Assembly: GCA_049969675.1 (NCBI GenBank)
Contig: JBMFOP010000010.1
Span: 1 to 43,026 of the forward strand
Source of the DNA: Myxococcota bacterium
GTDB lineage: Bacteria > Myxococcota > SpSt-1050
Direction: 5' to 3'
DNA length: 43,026 nt
The notes below the pieces were generated by a model. The model saw nothing but the letters and a program-made list of their open reading frames with translations, was not told the DNA's origin and searched no databases. Shown here in pieces: positions 18,669-27,103 of this stretch. Position 1 is the first letter of the stretch, and each line of letters opens with the position of its first letter. A program made the position numbers and the translations under genes.

Positions 18669-20369
18669 ATGCTTTCCTCTAACAGTAGTGAGAATGACAA
18701 AGCCCTGAATAAGATTATTGAGATATCAGAAAATCTTGGGATTGTATTTATTGAGAGGGATTGTAAAGAGGTTGTAGATAGATTAATGGGAGGTAGATTC
18801 AATATAGTTTTTCTGGGGCAATTTAAGCGCGGAAAATCTACATTAATAAATGCCTTCTTAGGCAGGGATATTCTCCCGTACGGTGTTGTACCTGTCACCG
18901 CGATTGTCTCTGTGATTAGATATGGTGAGGTTGAGTGTTGCCTGGTAAAGATGCAGGATGGGACAGAGAACGAGATTGGCTTTGATGAGATTTATCTATA
19001 TGCAACGCAGAAAGAGAATCCAGATAATAAGAAAGGTGTTGAATATATTGAGATTAGATTGAGGAATGATTATCTAAAAAGAGGTCTCTTTCTTGTAGAT
19101 ACCCCTGGTATCAGTTCTATATCTGAATCAAATACAATGGTTACAAAGGGTTTTCTTCAGAATATTGATACAGCAGTAATTGTTCTGGGAGTTGACCCCC
19201 CAATTTCCTACGACGAATTTGAGGTGATAAGAGAGATTAAAAAGAGAATTAAGGAGATTATCTTTGTTATCAATAAGGTGGATAAAGAACCTGTAGAGGA
19301 TATTGAGGCTATCAGAAAATTCACTACGGATATCTTGAAGAAGGAATTTAATCTTGAAAATCCTGTAATATTTTGTGTGAGCGCAAAAGAGAGATTTGAA
19401 GGTAGAAACTCTTATGACTGGAATAATTTTGTGCATAAAATAGATGAGATGCTGCTAAATAAGAGAGCCATAATCTCGGATAGTTATAAGAACGCAATTG
19501 ATAGGTTAACAAATCAATTGAAAGATGAGATTGATAGATATATTCAGGTTTTGAAAGAGCCAATTGAGAAATCAAGAGAGAAGGTAGTTTTATTAAACGA
19601 ATTTAAAAAAGAGGCAGATATCTTTATTAGAGAACTTGGATATAGATTTCAATCAGAGCAGGATAGAATATCTCAATTAATAGACCTTGCTCAGAAAAAA
19701 TTTCTTGATGAAAAGAAGGATGATATAAATAATGAATTTGAATCAGCATTTGATAGACTCTTAAATGAGCAGGTAAACAGCAACGGTTCATATTACAATG
19801 AAATACATAAGATTGCAGAAAAATATGTAAATCAGTGCATAGAGAGAATTTCAGGAGATGTTATTAGATATTATTCAGAATTTTCCAGAAGATATGCCGA
19901 GGAGATAAATAGACTTGAGAGTAAAATAAAAAGCATTCTAAATAGTGAGTTGAGTGTTGATGATTCTCCCAATATAAATATGTATGAAAGGAGTGAATTC
20001 TATTTCCATCATTTTATGAGATATACATCCTCTTCACCTCTTAAATTTCTTATTAATATATTTTTACCCAAAAGACATAGAATCAGAGTAATGAAGGGTG
20101 AACTTAAGGAGTATCTGGACTGGTTAATTTATGCAAATTGTTCAAGATATAATGGTGATATCAATCAGAGAATAATTGAAAGCCGCAGGAGGATAGAGGC
20201 AGATTTTAAGAGGAAGATTGATGAATTAATTGGGCGTGTAAATAATGCTGTCATCTATGCCGATAGATTTGCAAAAGAGGGGGAGAGTAGAATTAAAGGT
20301 GAGATATATAAATTATTGAGCTATAAAAGTCAGATAGAAGAGATCAGGTGTTTTCAAACTCAAGTCTGA
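18669..20369 (+). CDS. Bacterial dynamin-like GTPase
   Basis: G1 GQFKRGKST, G2 PVT, G3 DTPG, G4 NKVD, long helical stalk with hydrophobic tip SPLKFLINIFLP. Start reassigned to ATG 18669 (AGGAGG SD, 6 nt spacing). Confidence 0.9.
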   Translation: MLSSNSSENDKALNKIIEISENLGIVFIERDCKEVVDRLMGGRFNIVFLGQFKRGKSTLINAFLGRDILPYGVVPVTAIVSVIRYGEVECCLVKMQDGTENEIGFDEIYLYATQKENPDNKKGVEYIEIRLRNDYLKRGLFLVDTPGISSISESNTMVTKGFLQNIDTAVIVLGVDPPISYDEFEVIREIKKRIKEIIFVINKVDKEPVEDIEAIRKFTTDILKKEFNLENPVIFCVSAKERFEGRNSYDWNNFVHKIDEMLLNKRAIISDSYKNAIDRLTNQLKDEIDRYIQVLKEPIEKSREKVVLLNEFKKEADIFIRELGYRFQSEQDRISQLIDLAQKKFLDEKKDDINNEFESAFDRLLNEQVNSNGSYYNEIHKIAEKYVNQCIERISGDVIRYYSEFSRRYAEEINRLESKIKSILNSELSVDDSPNINMYERSEFYFHHFMRYTSSSPLKFLINIFLPKRHRIRVMKGELKEYLDWLIYANCSRYNGDINQRIIESRRRIEADFKRKIDELIGRVNNAVIYADRFAKEGESRIKGEIYKLLSYKSQIEEIRCFQTQV

Positions 20370-20389
20370 GAAGAAGTTTCCTATAATTT

Positions 20390-20457
20390 AAAAAATCATT
20401 GCCCGGATTCAGCTTAATTTGAGGACTGTGGGTTTTATTGCCTGAATCCGGGCAATG
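20390..20457 (-). terminator. Terminator with 16-bp perfect stem and 29-nt loop, downstream of gdh and convergent with the dynamin gene
   Basis: CATTGCCCGGATTCAG 20397-20412 / CTGAATCCGGGCAATG 20442-20457, with a 6-T tract following on the minus strand. Confidence 0.75.
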
Positions 20458-20479
20458 GAGAGGATAATCTAAATATCAA

Positions 20480-21772
20480 TTATGGGAAGATTCCCCTTTC
20501 CTGGTAAACCTTCTCAAGTCGTTTGAGGGCTACAATATATGCGGCTGTTCTCCAGTCTGTATTAAATTCTTTTGCAGTTTCTCTAACCCTTCTATATGCC
20601 GGGACAATCTTCTTTTTTAGTTTGCTGTCAACTTCTTCCAATTCCCAATATTCTGACCTCTTATTCTGTAACCATTCAAAGTAGCTTACAACTACTCCGC
20701 CAGCATTGCAAAGTACATCAGGGATAAAATCTATTCCTCTCTTTGCCAGAATAATGTCTCCTTCAGGAGTAGTGGGACCATTTGCACCTTCTGCAATCAA
20801 TTTGACATTGATTTTTGGAGCTGTCTCGTCTGTTATCTGATTTTCAAGAGCGGCTGGAATAAAGATATCTGCTTTTGTGGTGATAAATGTATCAAAGTCA
20901 ATTGCGTCTGCTTTGGGGTAACCTCTTACACCACCATTTTTCTTAACATAGGCAGCAAGCTCTTCAGGATCAATACCTTCTTTATTAATTATTGCACCTG
21001 TTACATCATGCACTGCCAGAAGTTTTGCACCTTGGGGCTTTAATAATCTTGCAGCCCAACTTCCTACATTTCCAAATCCCTGAACTATGTATGTTGCTTT
21101 TGAGAGGTCAAAATTGTTATCCTTTGCCCATTCTTCAATACAATAAATCACTCCCTGACCTGTTGCCTTCTCTCTTCCAAGAGACCCTCCTGATTCAATA
21201 GGTTTACCTGTAACAACATGAATGCATCTCTGCCTCTCATTTGGCGGTACCATTGATAGATATGTATCAAGAATCCACGCCATAATCTGGGCATTTGTGT
21301 TTACATCTGGAGCTGGTATGTCATATTCTGGACCAATATTATTTCCAAGAGCAAATGCAAATCTCCTTGTAATTCTTTCCAGCTCAGAAATAGAATATTT
21401 TGATGGGTCAATCTGAATTCCTCCCTTTGCTCCTCCAAATGGGATATCAGTAATTGCCGATTTCCATGTCATCCAGGTAGCCAGTGCTCTTACTTCATCA
21501 ATATTCACATCTGGATGAAATCTTAATCCACCTTTATATGGACCGAGCACATTGTTGTGCTGGACTCTATATCCAGTAAAAATCTCAATTTTGCCATTAT
21601 CCATCTTAACAGGGAAGTGGACAGTTATCTCATTTTGTGTATGAGAAAGAATTTTACGAATGTTCTGGTCAAAGTTTATAAGGTCTGCGGCCTTTTCAAA
21701 TTGTAGCCGCACAGAATCATAGACTGACCTTCTTTTTTTTGGGATACTAATTTCTCTTTCGGCTTTTGCCAT
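20480..21772 (-). CDS. Glutamate dehydrogenase (Glu/Leu/Phe/Val dehydrogenase family, GudB/RocG-like, probably catabolic)
   Basis: GYRVQHN, GPYKGGLRFHP, MTWK, PFGGAKGG, DIPAPDV, QGFGNVG, EGANGPT, NAGGVVVSYFEW. Catabolic direction is inferred. Confidence 0.93.
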   Translation of the reverse strand: MAKAEREISIPKKRRSVYDSVRLQFEKAADLINFDQNIRKILSHTQNEITVHFPVKMDNGKIEIFTGYRVQHNNVLGPYKGGLRFHPDVNIDEVRALATWMTWKSAITDIPFGGAKGGIQIDPSKYSISELERITRRFAFALGNNIGPEYDIPAPDVNTNAQIMAWILDTYLSMVPPNERQRCIHVVTGKPIESGGSLGREKATGQGVIYCIEEWAKDNNFDLSKATYIVQGFGNVGSWAARLLKPQGAKLLAVHDVTGAIINKEGIDPEELAAYVKKNGGVRGYPKADAIDFDTFITTKADIFIPAALENQITDETAPKINVKLIAEGANGPTTPEGDIILAKRGIDFIPDVLCNAGGVVVSYFEWLQNKRSEYWELEEVDSKLKKKIVPAYRRVRETAKEFNTDWRTAAYIVALKRLEKVYQERGIFP

Positions 21773-21791
21773 AATTTGCCTCCTGTTTTAA

Positions 21792-22058
21792 TTAAATATA
21801 TTCTTCACACTGCCATATAGGAACACCTTTCTGGCAAATTGAACACATTTTCCTGTTTTCACAATTCTTGCAGAGTCCCTCATATCCTTCTTCGTAAGCA
21901 ATTTTTGTGGGGGAATACATAAAGGCTTTTTCTTCTTTGCCGCATCCATTGGTGAATTCTTCACAAAAATGAACTGGTTCAGAATTGGTTTTAATGTAGG
22001 AGCAATGCTCTTTTCTTATGCAGGTCTCACAAAGACCTATCGACTTATTATCTTTCAT
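21792..22058 (-). CDS. Small Cys-rich protein with two GLCxxC-x5-C-x11/12-CEE[FY] repeats (putative metal or Fe-S binding)
   Basis: GLCETCIRKEHC...FCEEF and GLCKNCENRKMC...QCEEY. AGGAGG SD, 19 nt gap to the gdh start. Confidence 0.8.
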   Translation of the reverse strand: MKDNKSIGLCETCIRKEHCSYIKTNSEPVHFCEEFTNGCGKEEKAFMYSPTKIAYEEGYEGLCKNCENRKMCSICQKGVPIWQCEEYI

Positions 22059-22129
22059 TGCCTATCCTCCTGTTAATGGTTAAGCGTTTCATCTCGCGCG
22101 CGCCCTCCATCTGGAGGTGATTAATAATG

Positions 22130-22145
22130 CACAATTTCTGTGCCA
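22130..22145 (-). promoter_or_regulatory. Sigma54 (-24/-12) promoter of the Cys-protein/gdh operon
   Basis: TGGCAC-AGAAA-TTGTG versus consensus TGGCAC-N5-TTGCW. Adjacent to an enhancer-binding-protein gene, with dyad TGGGGAA-TTT-TTCACCA at about 22231-22247 as candidate upstream activating sequence. Confidence 0.65.
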
Positions 22146-22255
22146 ATCTTATATTGAGGTTAGATTTAGCTAATATATTGATATGACGCAATATTTAGGC
22201 AGATTATAATAATTCAATCTTTATAAGGTGTGGGGAATTTTTCACCAATAAGGAA

Positions 22256-23605
22256 TTATTCCTCAGCATCTACAATTTTATATTTTCTTAACTTCTCTCT
22301 AAGAGTCTTTCTGTCAATCTTAAGAATCTCTGCAGTTTTAGATTTATTGTTTTTGGTGTATTTCAGGACATTGATGATATGTTCTCTCTCAACTTCTTCA
22401 AGGCTCATCTCATTATTACTAAAATTAGTAATTGAATAACGCATTATCTCTGGAAGATCAGGCACATCTATTAGATTGCTTTCACACATTACAACCATTC
22501 TTTGAATAATATTCTGCAATTCTCTTACATTGCCAGGCCATGAATAGTTTTTGAATATATTTAGTACATTATCCGATATTTTAAGGTCGGGTTTGTTATA
22601 CTCTTTTTTGTAAAGTTCAAGAAAGTAGGCTGTAAGAAGAAAGATATCTTCACCCCTTTCCCTGAGAGGTGGGATATCAATTGGGATTACATTAAGTCTA
22701 AAATATAGATCCTCTCTAAATTTCCCTTGCTTAACAAGGGATAATATATCTTTATTTGACGCTGCAATTATTCTTGTATCCACTTTAATATTTTTGCTTG
22801 AACCTACCATATAGATTTCTTTTTCCTGAAGAACCCTTAAAAGTTTTACCTGAGTTGCAAGAGATGTCTCTGTTATTTCATCCAAAAAAATAGTTCCTTT
22901 TTCCGCTGTTTGAAAGAATCCTGCCCTTGTTTCATTTGCTCCTGTGAAAGAGCCTTTTAAGTGTCCGAATAACTGGCTTTCAAGAAGACCTTCAGGAATT
23001 CCTCCGCAATTTACCGCTACAAAAGGTGCAGTTGCCCGAGGACTATTATAATGAATAGCCTTTGCTACCAATTCCTTTCCAGTTCCACTCTCTCCACTTA
23101 TCAAAACAGTGGCATTAGTTTGAGATGCCTTTTTAATTGATGTTATAACCTTTTTAATACCTGATGATTCCCCAATAATACCAAATTCATTGGATTTTGA
23201 GATTATACGATTAACTGAGGTCTGTATATTAATCTTATCAATCGCCTTTTGAATCGCGTTTAGCAATTCCTCTTCTGTAAATGGTTTGGGTAGATATTCC
23301 TCAGCTCCATTCTTTATAGCTGTAACAGCGGTATCTATTGATGCAAATCCAGTAATAACAATTGCTTGAATATTTTTATAATTTTCTGATATGTATTTTA
23401 ATATATCTAATCCCGAAATTCCCGGCATTTTTATATCAGTAATTACAATGTTGATATCTTCAGTTTTCAATGTCCTGATTGCATTTTCTCCATTATCTTT
23501 TAGAATAAGATTGTATCCTTTAGGTTTGAGAATTCTCTCTATCATTTCCAGGGTTTCAAGAGAATCATCAATTACGAGAATTTTATAATCTTTGTTCATA
23601 TTCAA
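22256..23605 (-). CDS. Sigma54-dependent response regulator (NtrC family)
   Basis: ILVIDD, TDIKMP, GESGTGKE, GSFTGA, WPGNVRELQN, C-terminal HTH. Start may be ATG 23599. Confidence 0.95.
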   Translation of the reverse strand: MNMNKDYKILVIDDSLETLEMIERILKPKGYNLILKDNGENAIRTLKTEDINIVITDIKMPGISGLDILKYISENYKNIQAIVITGFASIDTAVTAIKNGAEEYLPKPFTEEELLNAIQKAIDKINIQTSVNRIISKSNEFGIIGESSGIKKVITSIKKASQTNATVLISGESGTGKELVAKAIHYNSPRATAPFVAVNCGGIPEGLLESQLFGHLKGSFTGANETRAGFFQTAEKGTIFLDEITETSLATQVKLLRVLQEKEIYMVGSSKNIKVDTRIIAASNKDILSLVKQGKFREDLYFRLNVIPIDIPPLRERGEDIFLLTAYFLELYKKEYNKPDLKISDNVLNIFKNYSWPGNVRELQNIIQRMVVMCESNLIDVPDLPEIMRYSITNFSNNEMSLEEVEREHIINVLKYTKNNKSKTAEILKIDRKTLREKLRKYKIVDAEE

Positions 23606-23617
23606 TCCTCATCAACA

Positions 23618-25345
23618 TTAATTACAGGAATTACAGGGAATTTTAATACAAAATTGAGAACCTTTTCCCTCTTCGCTTTCAACTTCAATTTTGCCACCAT
23701 GTGATTCTATAATCTCAAGTGCAACTGATAGACCAAGACCTGTTCCTTTACCAACCTCTTTTGTTGTAAAAAATGGGATAAATATCTGGTTTTTTACCTC
23801 TTCTGACATTCCAATGCCGGTATCTTTTATACAGATTCTTATTTCATTTGAAATTTTTTCAGTTTTAATAGTAAGATCGCCACCATTTGGCATTGCCTGA
23901 ATAGCATTCACAATAATGTTCATAAGAACCTGAGTTATTTGAGATTGGTCAGCTTCAATCTCTAATATTTCATTAGATAATAAATCTATTAGTTTAATAT
24001 TTTCTTTCTTGAGTCTATTGTCAAAAAATTGAATAAGTTCTTTAATAATATTATTAACATTAATTATAGTCTTCTTGGTTGGCACCTGACGGGCAAAAAT
24101 AAGCAGTTTACGGATTATCTCTCTTCCGTAAATAGCTGCGTTTATTATTTTATCAATATCCTTTTCAATCTGTTCAGGTAATAGTGGATTTTTTTTAATA
24201 AGCTGTGCAAATCCAAGAATAATAGTGAGTGGTTCATTTAGTTCGTGGGCAATTCCCGTTGAAAGTTGACCAATAGTTGCTAATTTATCTGCGTGTCTTA
24301 ATTGAATAGATATTTTTTCTTTATCTTCTTCAAGTTGTTGTTGCTCTATATATTTTGATATTTCAAGGGCAACGGCTTCAAGAAATGTAAATTCCTCTTT
24401 CAAAAATATGAAATCGGTTGTCTCAGGTTTTTTCTTAAAAGAGTAACATATTTCAATATATCCGCGCTCTTCACCCCATATCTTAATTGGCTTTTTAATA
24501 CTAATTTTAGATTCATTAAAGTTTTTTGATTTATATTCTTGTGAGTTTATGAATATTCTGGCTGAGGCATATTGAGGGATTAAAAAGGCAGTTGGTAGTA
24601 TGTCAGTGATATTTTGAATTACATCATCAAAAGAAAATTCTTTGTGCTGAATAATTTTATTTATGTTATAGAGGCAGGAAAGCTCCTTCATTCTCTCTCT
24701 CAAACTGAACTGAGCCCTCCTGTCTGATACCGATATTCCAATTGTCTGACCGACGGTTTCATAAAATTCTGTTTCGCTTTTTGTAAAGAAGTGCTTATTT
24801 TTAGATTTGAGTATTAGAAGCCCGTTGTCATCAGTATTAATCTGGAATGGCAGAATAATAAGAGATTTATATATCCCGGATAATTTTAATGTTTTACTAA
24901 CTGTGCCATCTTTTGCATCAAAGATTTTTATTTCCAGTGGAATGTCTGTATCTGGAATCCATATAGCACCGGTTCTTGTAAAATATTTATTAGTCTTGAT
25001 GATCTTACCTGATAATATTGCCGAATAAAGAATCTCAAAGTCATTAATATTTTTAAAATCTGGATATGTTGCATCTGCATCATTAATAGAATTTAAGACT
25101 TCGTATAAGAACGTATTAGATGGCTTCTTTAATAAAATTCCTCTATAATATTTTGTCTCCTCTTTTGAAATGAATTCAGCTGAGTCACACTTTGAAAAAT
25201 CAATAAACATCTTTAATATCAATTTGATAAAGTCAGTTCGTGAGATGCCCAAATTTGCATATCGGGATATCTGTCTTGAAAGTGTACAGAAATCCCACGC
25301 ACTCTTGTTTGAACCATCTGGCATGAGTTTGTATCTAATCTTCAT
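23618..25345 (-). CDS. Cytoplasmic sensor histidine kinase (GAF-like input domains)
   Basis: H-box GIAHELNEPL, N-box NAIQAM, DTGIGM, PFFTTK, GTGLGL. No evident transmembrane helix. Confidence 0.93.
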   Translation of the reverse strand: MKIRYKLMPDGSNKSAWDFCTLSRQISRYANLGISRTDFIKLILKMFIDFSKCDSAEFISKEETKYYRGILLKKPSNTFLYEVLNSINDADATYPDFKNINDFEILYSAILSGKIIKTNKYFTRTGAIWIPDTDIPLEIKIFDAKDGTVSKTLKLSGIYKSLIILPFQINTDDNGLLILKSKNKHFFTKSETEFYETVGQTIGISVSDRRAQFSLRERMKELSCLYNINKIIQHKEFSFDDVIQNITDILPTAFLIPQYASARIFINSQEYKSKNFNESKISIKKPIKIWGEERGYIEICYSFKKKPETTDFIFLKEEFTFLEAVALEISKYIEQQQLEEDKEKISIQLRHADKLATIGQLSTGIAHELNEPLTIILGFAQLIKKNPLLPEQIEKDIDKIINAAIYGREIIRKLLIFARQVPTKKTIINVNNIIKELIQFFDNRLKKENIKLIDLLSNEILEIEADQSQITQVLMNIIVNAIQAMPNGGDLTIKTEKISNEIRICIKDTGIGMSEEVKNQIFIPFFTTKEVGKGTGLGLSVALEIIESHGGKIEVESEEGKGSQFCIKIPCNSCN

Positions 25346-25509
25346 ATTTATTGAAATACGATATTGTAAAAAAAAAGTAAAGTAAAAAGAATTTGAAAAT
25401 ATACTATGATTTTATTATATTTCCTTTTTTGATTGACAGAGTATAAACTTGGTAGTACCACTCTCAATTGCTGTGGGTTTTATTGGAGTTTTTATTACAA
25501 TTTTGTTTT

Positions 25510-25570
25510 ATGCCAGTGGTGTCTGTCAGGCCAACTGGCATTTTTTTTTTTAACTTCTGACAGAGGAGGA
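25510..25570 (+). promoter_or_regulatory. Leader terminator/pseudoknot-like attenuator upstream of gdhA
   Basis: ATGCCAGT 25510-25517/ACTGGCAT 25534-25541 stem with an 11-T tract (25541-25551). Loop TCTGTCAG 25522-25529 is complementary to CTGACAGA 25557-25564, which abuts the SD. Confidence 0.55.
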
Positions 25571-25577
25571 TTATCTT

Positions 25578-26933
25578 ATGTCCGTAATCAGCGATGTAAT
25601 TGCGAAAGTAAAAGAGAAGGACTCATCACAACCTGAATTTATTCAGGCCGTAACAGAGGTGATGACAACACTCGAGCCTACTGTAGAAAAACATCCTGAA
25701 TTTGTCAAAGCCAAGATCTATGAGAGAATTGTAGAGCCAGACCGCGTAATTATTTTTAGAGTTCCATGGGAGGATGATAAGGGAGAGATTCATGTCAACA
25801 GGGGTTTTAGGGTGCAATTTAACAATGCAATCGGTCCTTATAAAGGTGGTCTGAGATTTCACCCTTCAGTAAATCTCGGTGTTATTAAATTCCTTGGATT
25901 TGAGCAGATCTTCAAGAACTCACTCACAACCCTGCCTATGGGTGGAGGAAAGGGAGGCTCTGATTTTGACCCAAAAGGGAAATCAGATAGAGAGGTAATG
26001 AGGTTCTGCTATGCATTTATGAGAGAACTCTTCAGACATATAGGGGCAGATGTGGATGTCCCTGCTGGAGATATTGGGGTTGGTGCCAGAGAGATTGGTT
26101 TCTTGTATGGATATTACAAGAAGATCAGAAATGAACATACCGGGGTACTCACAGGAAAGGGGCTTGAATACGGTGGCTCACTGATCAGGCCCGAGGCTAC
26201 GGGATACGGAGTGGTCTATTTTGCGGCCGAGATGCTCGCTACCAGAAAAATGGATTTTGCGGGCAAGAGAGTGGTGATCTCTGGCTCGGGAAATGTCTCT
26301 CAATATGCAGTGGAAAAGGTAAATCATCTCAAGGGAAAGGTGATAACTCTCTCTGATTCAAATGGGACAATAGTTGATGAGGAGGGTATTGATGAGAAGA
26401 AACTGGCATTTGTGATGGAACTCAAAAATGTAAAAAGAGGTAGAATTAAGGAATATGCAGATAAATTCAAGGTACCATATTTTGAAGGAAAATCGGTTTG
26501 GGAAGTTATTAAAGAGAAGGGACTCAAGCACGACATTGCACTTCCCTGTGCCACTCAGAACGAAATCAATAAGGAGCTCGCAGAGGCGATGGTAAAGAAT
26601 GGCTGCTTCTGTGTATCAGAGGGTGCAAATATGCCATCTGACCTTGAGGCAATCAAAGTATATCAGAGCAATAATGTTCTATATGGTCCCGCAAAGGCGG
26701 CGAATGCAGGTGGTGTTGCCACATCCGGTCTTGAGATGAGTCAGAACAGCCTCAGACTCAGCTGGACGAGGGAAGAGGTTGACCAGAGATTGCATAATAT
26801 TATGAAGAATATTCACAAGTCATGTCTGGATGCAGCAGAGGCATATGGTAAGAAAGGCGATTATCTAGCTGGAGCAAATATCGCTGGATTTATAAAAGTT
26901 GCAAAAGCAATGCTTGCATATGGAGTAGTCTAA
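25578..26933 (+). CDS. gdhA: NADP-specific glutamate dehydrogenase
   Basis: EFIQAV, FRVPWEDD, GPYKGGLRFHPSVNL, KFLGFEQIFKNSLTTLPMGGGKGGSDFDPKGKSD, RPEATGYG, KAANAGGVATSGLEM. Confidence 0.96.
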   Translation: MSVISDVIAKVKEKDSSQPEFIQAVTEVMTTLEPTVEKHPEFVKAKIYERIVEPDRVIIFRVPWEDDKGEIHVNRGFRVQFNNAIGPYKGGLRFHPSVNLGVIKFLGFEQIFKNSLTTLPMGGGKGGSDFDPKGKSDREVMRFCYAFMRELFRHIGADVDVPAGDIGVGAREIGFLYGYYKKIRNEHTGVLTGKGLEYGGSLIRPEATGYGVVYFAAEMLATRKMDFAGKRVVISGSGNVSQYAVEKVNHLKGKVITLSDSNGTIVDEEGIDEKKLAFVMELKNVKRGRIKEYADKFKVPYFEGKSVWEVIKEKGLKHDIALPCATQNEINKELAEAMVKNGCFCVSEGANMPSDLEAIKVYQSNNVLYGPAKAANAGGVATSGLEMSQNSLRLSWTREEVDQRLHNIMKNIHKSCLDAAEAYGKKGDYLAGANIAGFIKVAKAMLAYGVV

Positions 26934-26966
26934 TTTAATTGTCTAAAATTGAATACTTTGTTTTAG

Positions 26967-26996
26967 ACCCTGCTGTAATGGCAGGGTATTTTTTTA
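26967..26996 (+). terminator. Intrinsic terminator of gdhA
   Basis: ACCCTGCT-GTAAT-GGCAGGGT followed by A and 7 T. Confidence 0.8.
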
Positions 26997-27038
26997 TAGT
27001 GACAAAAAATTCATAAGTCGTTTAATGCAACAAATAAT

Positions 27039-27067
27039 TTGTCTTTTTTTAAGCAAAAGTGTATAAT
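27039..27067 (+). promoter_or_regulatory. Sigma70 promoter of the lipoprotein gene
   Basis: TTGTCT-17 nt-TATAAT, with AAGGAGGTG SD downstream. Confidence 0.6.
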
Positions 27068-27103
27068 GGGAACATTAATTTAAACCTTTTAAGGAGGTGT
27101 TTT

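Noticed and set aside
25510..25560. Leader peptide MPVVSVRPTGIFFFNF upstream of gdhA
   Set aside because: No SD, it coincides with the terminator itself, and it has no Glu/Gln codon run.
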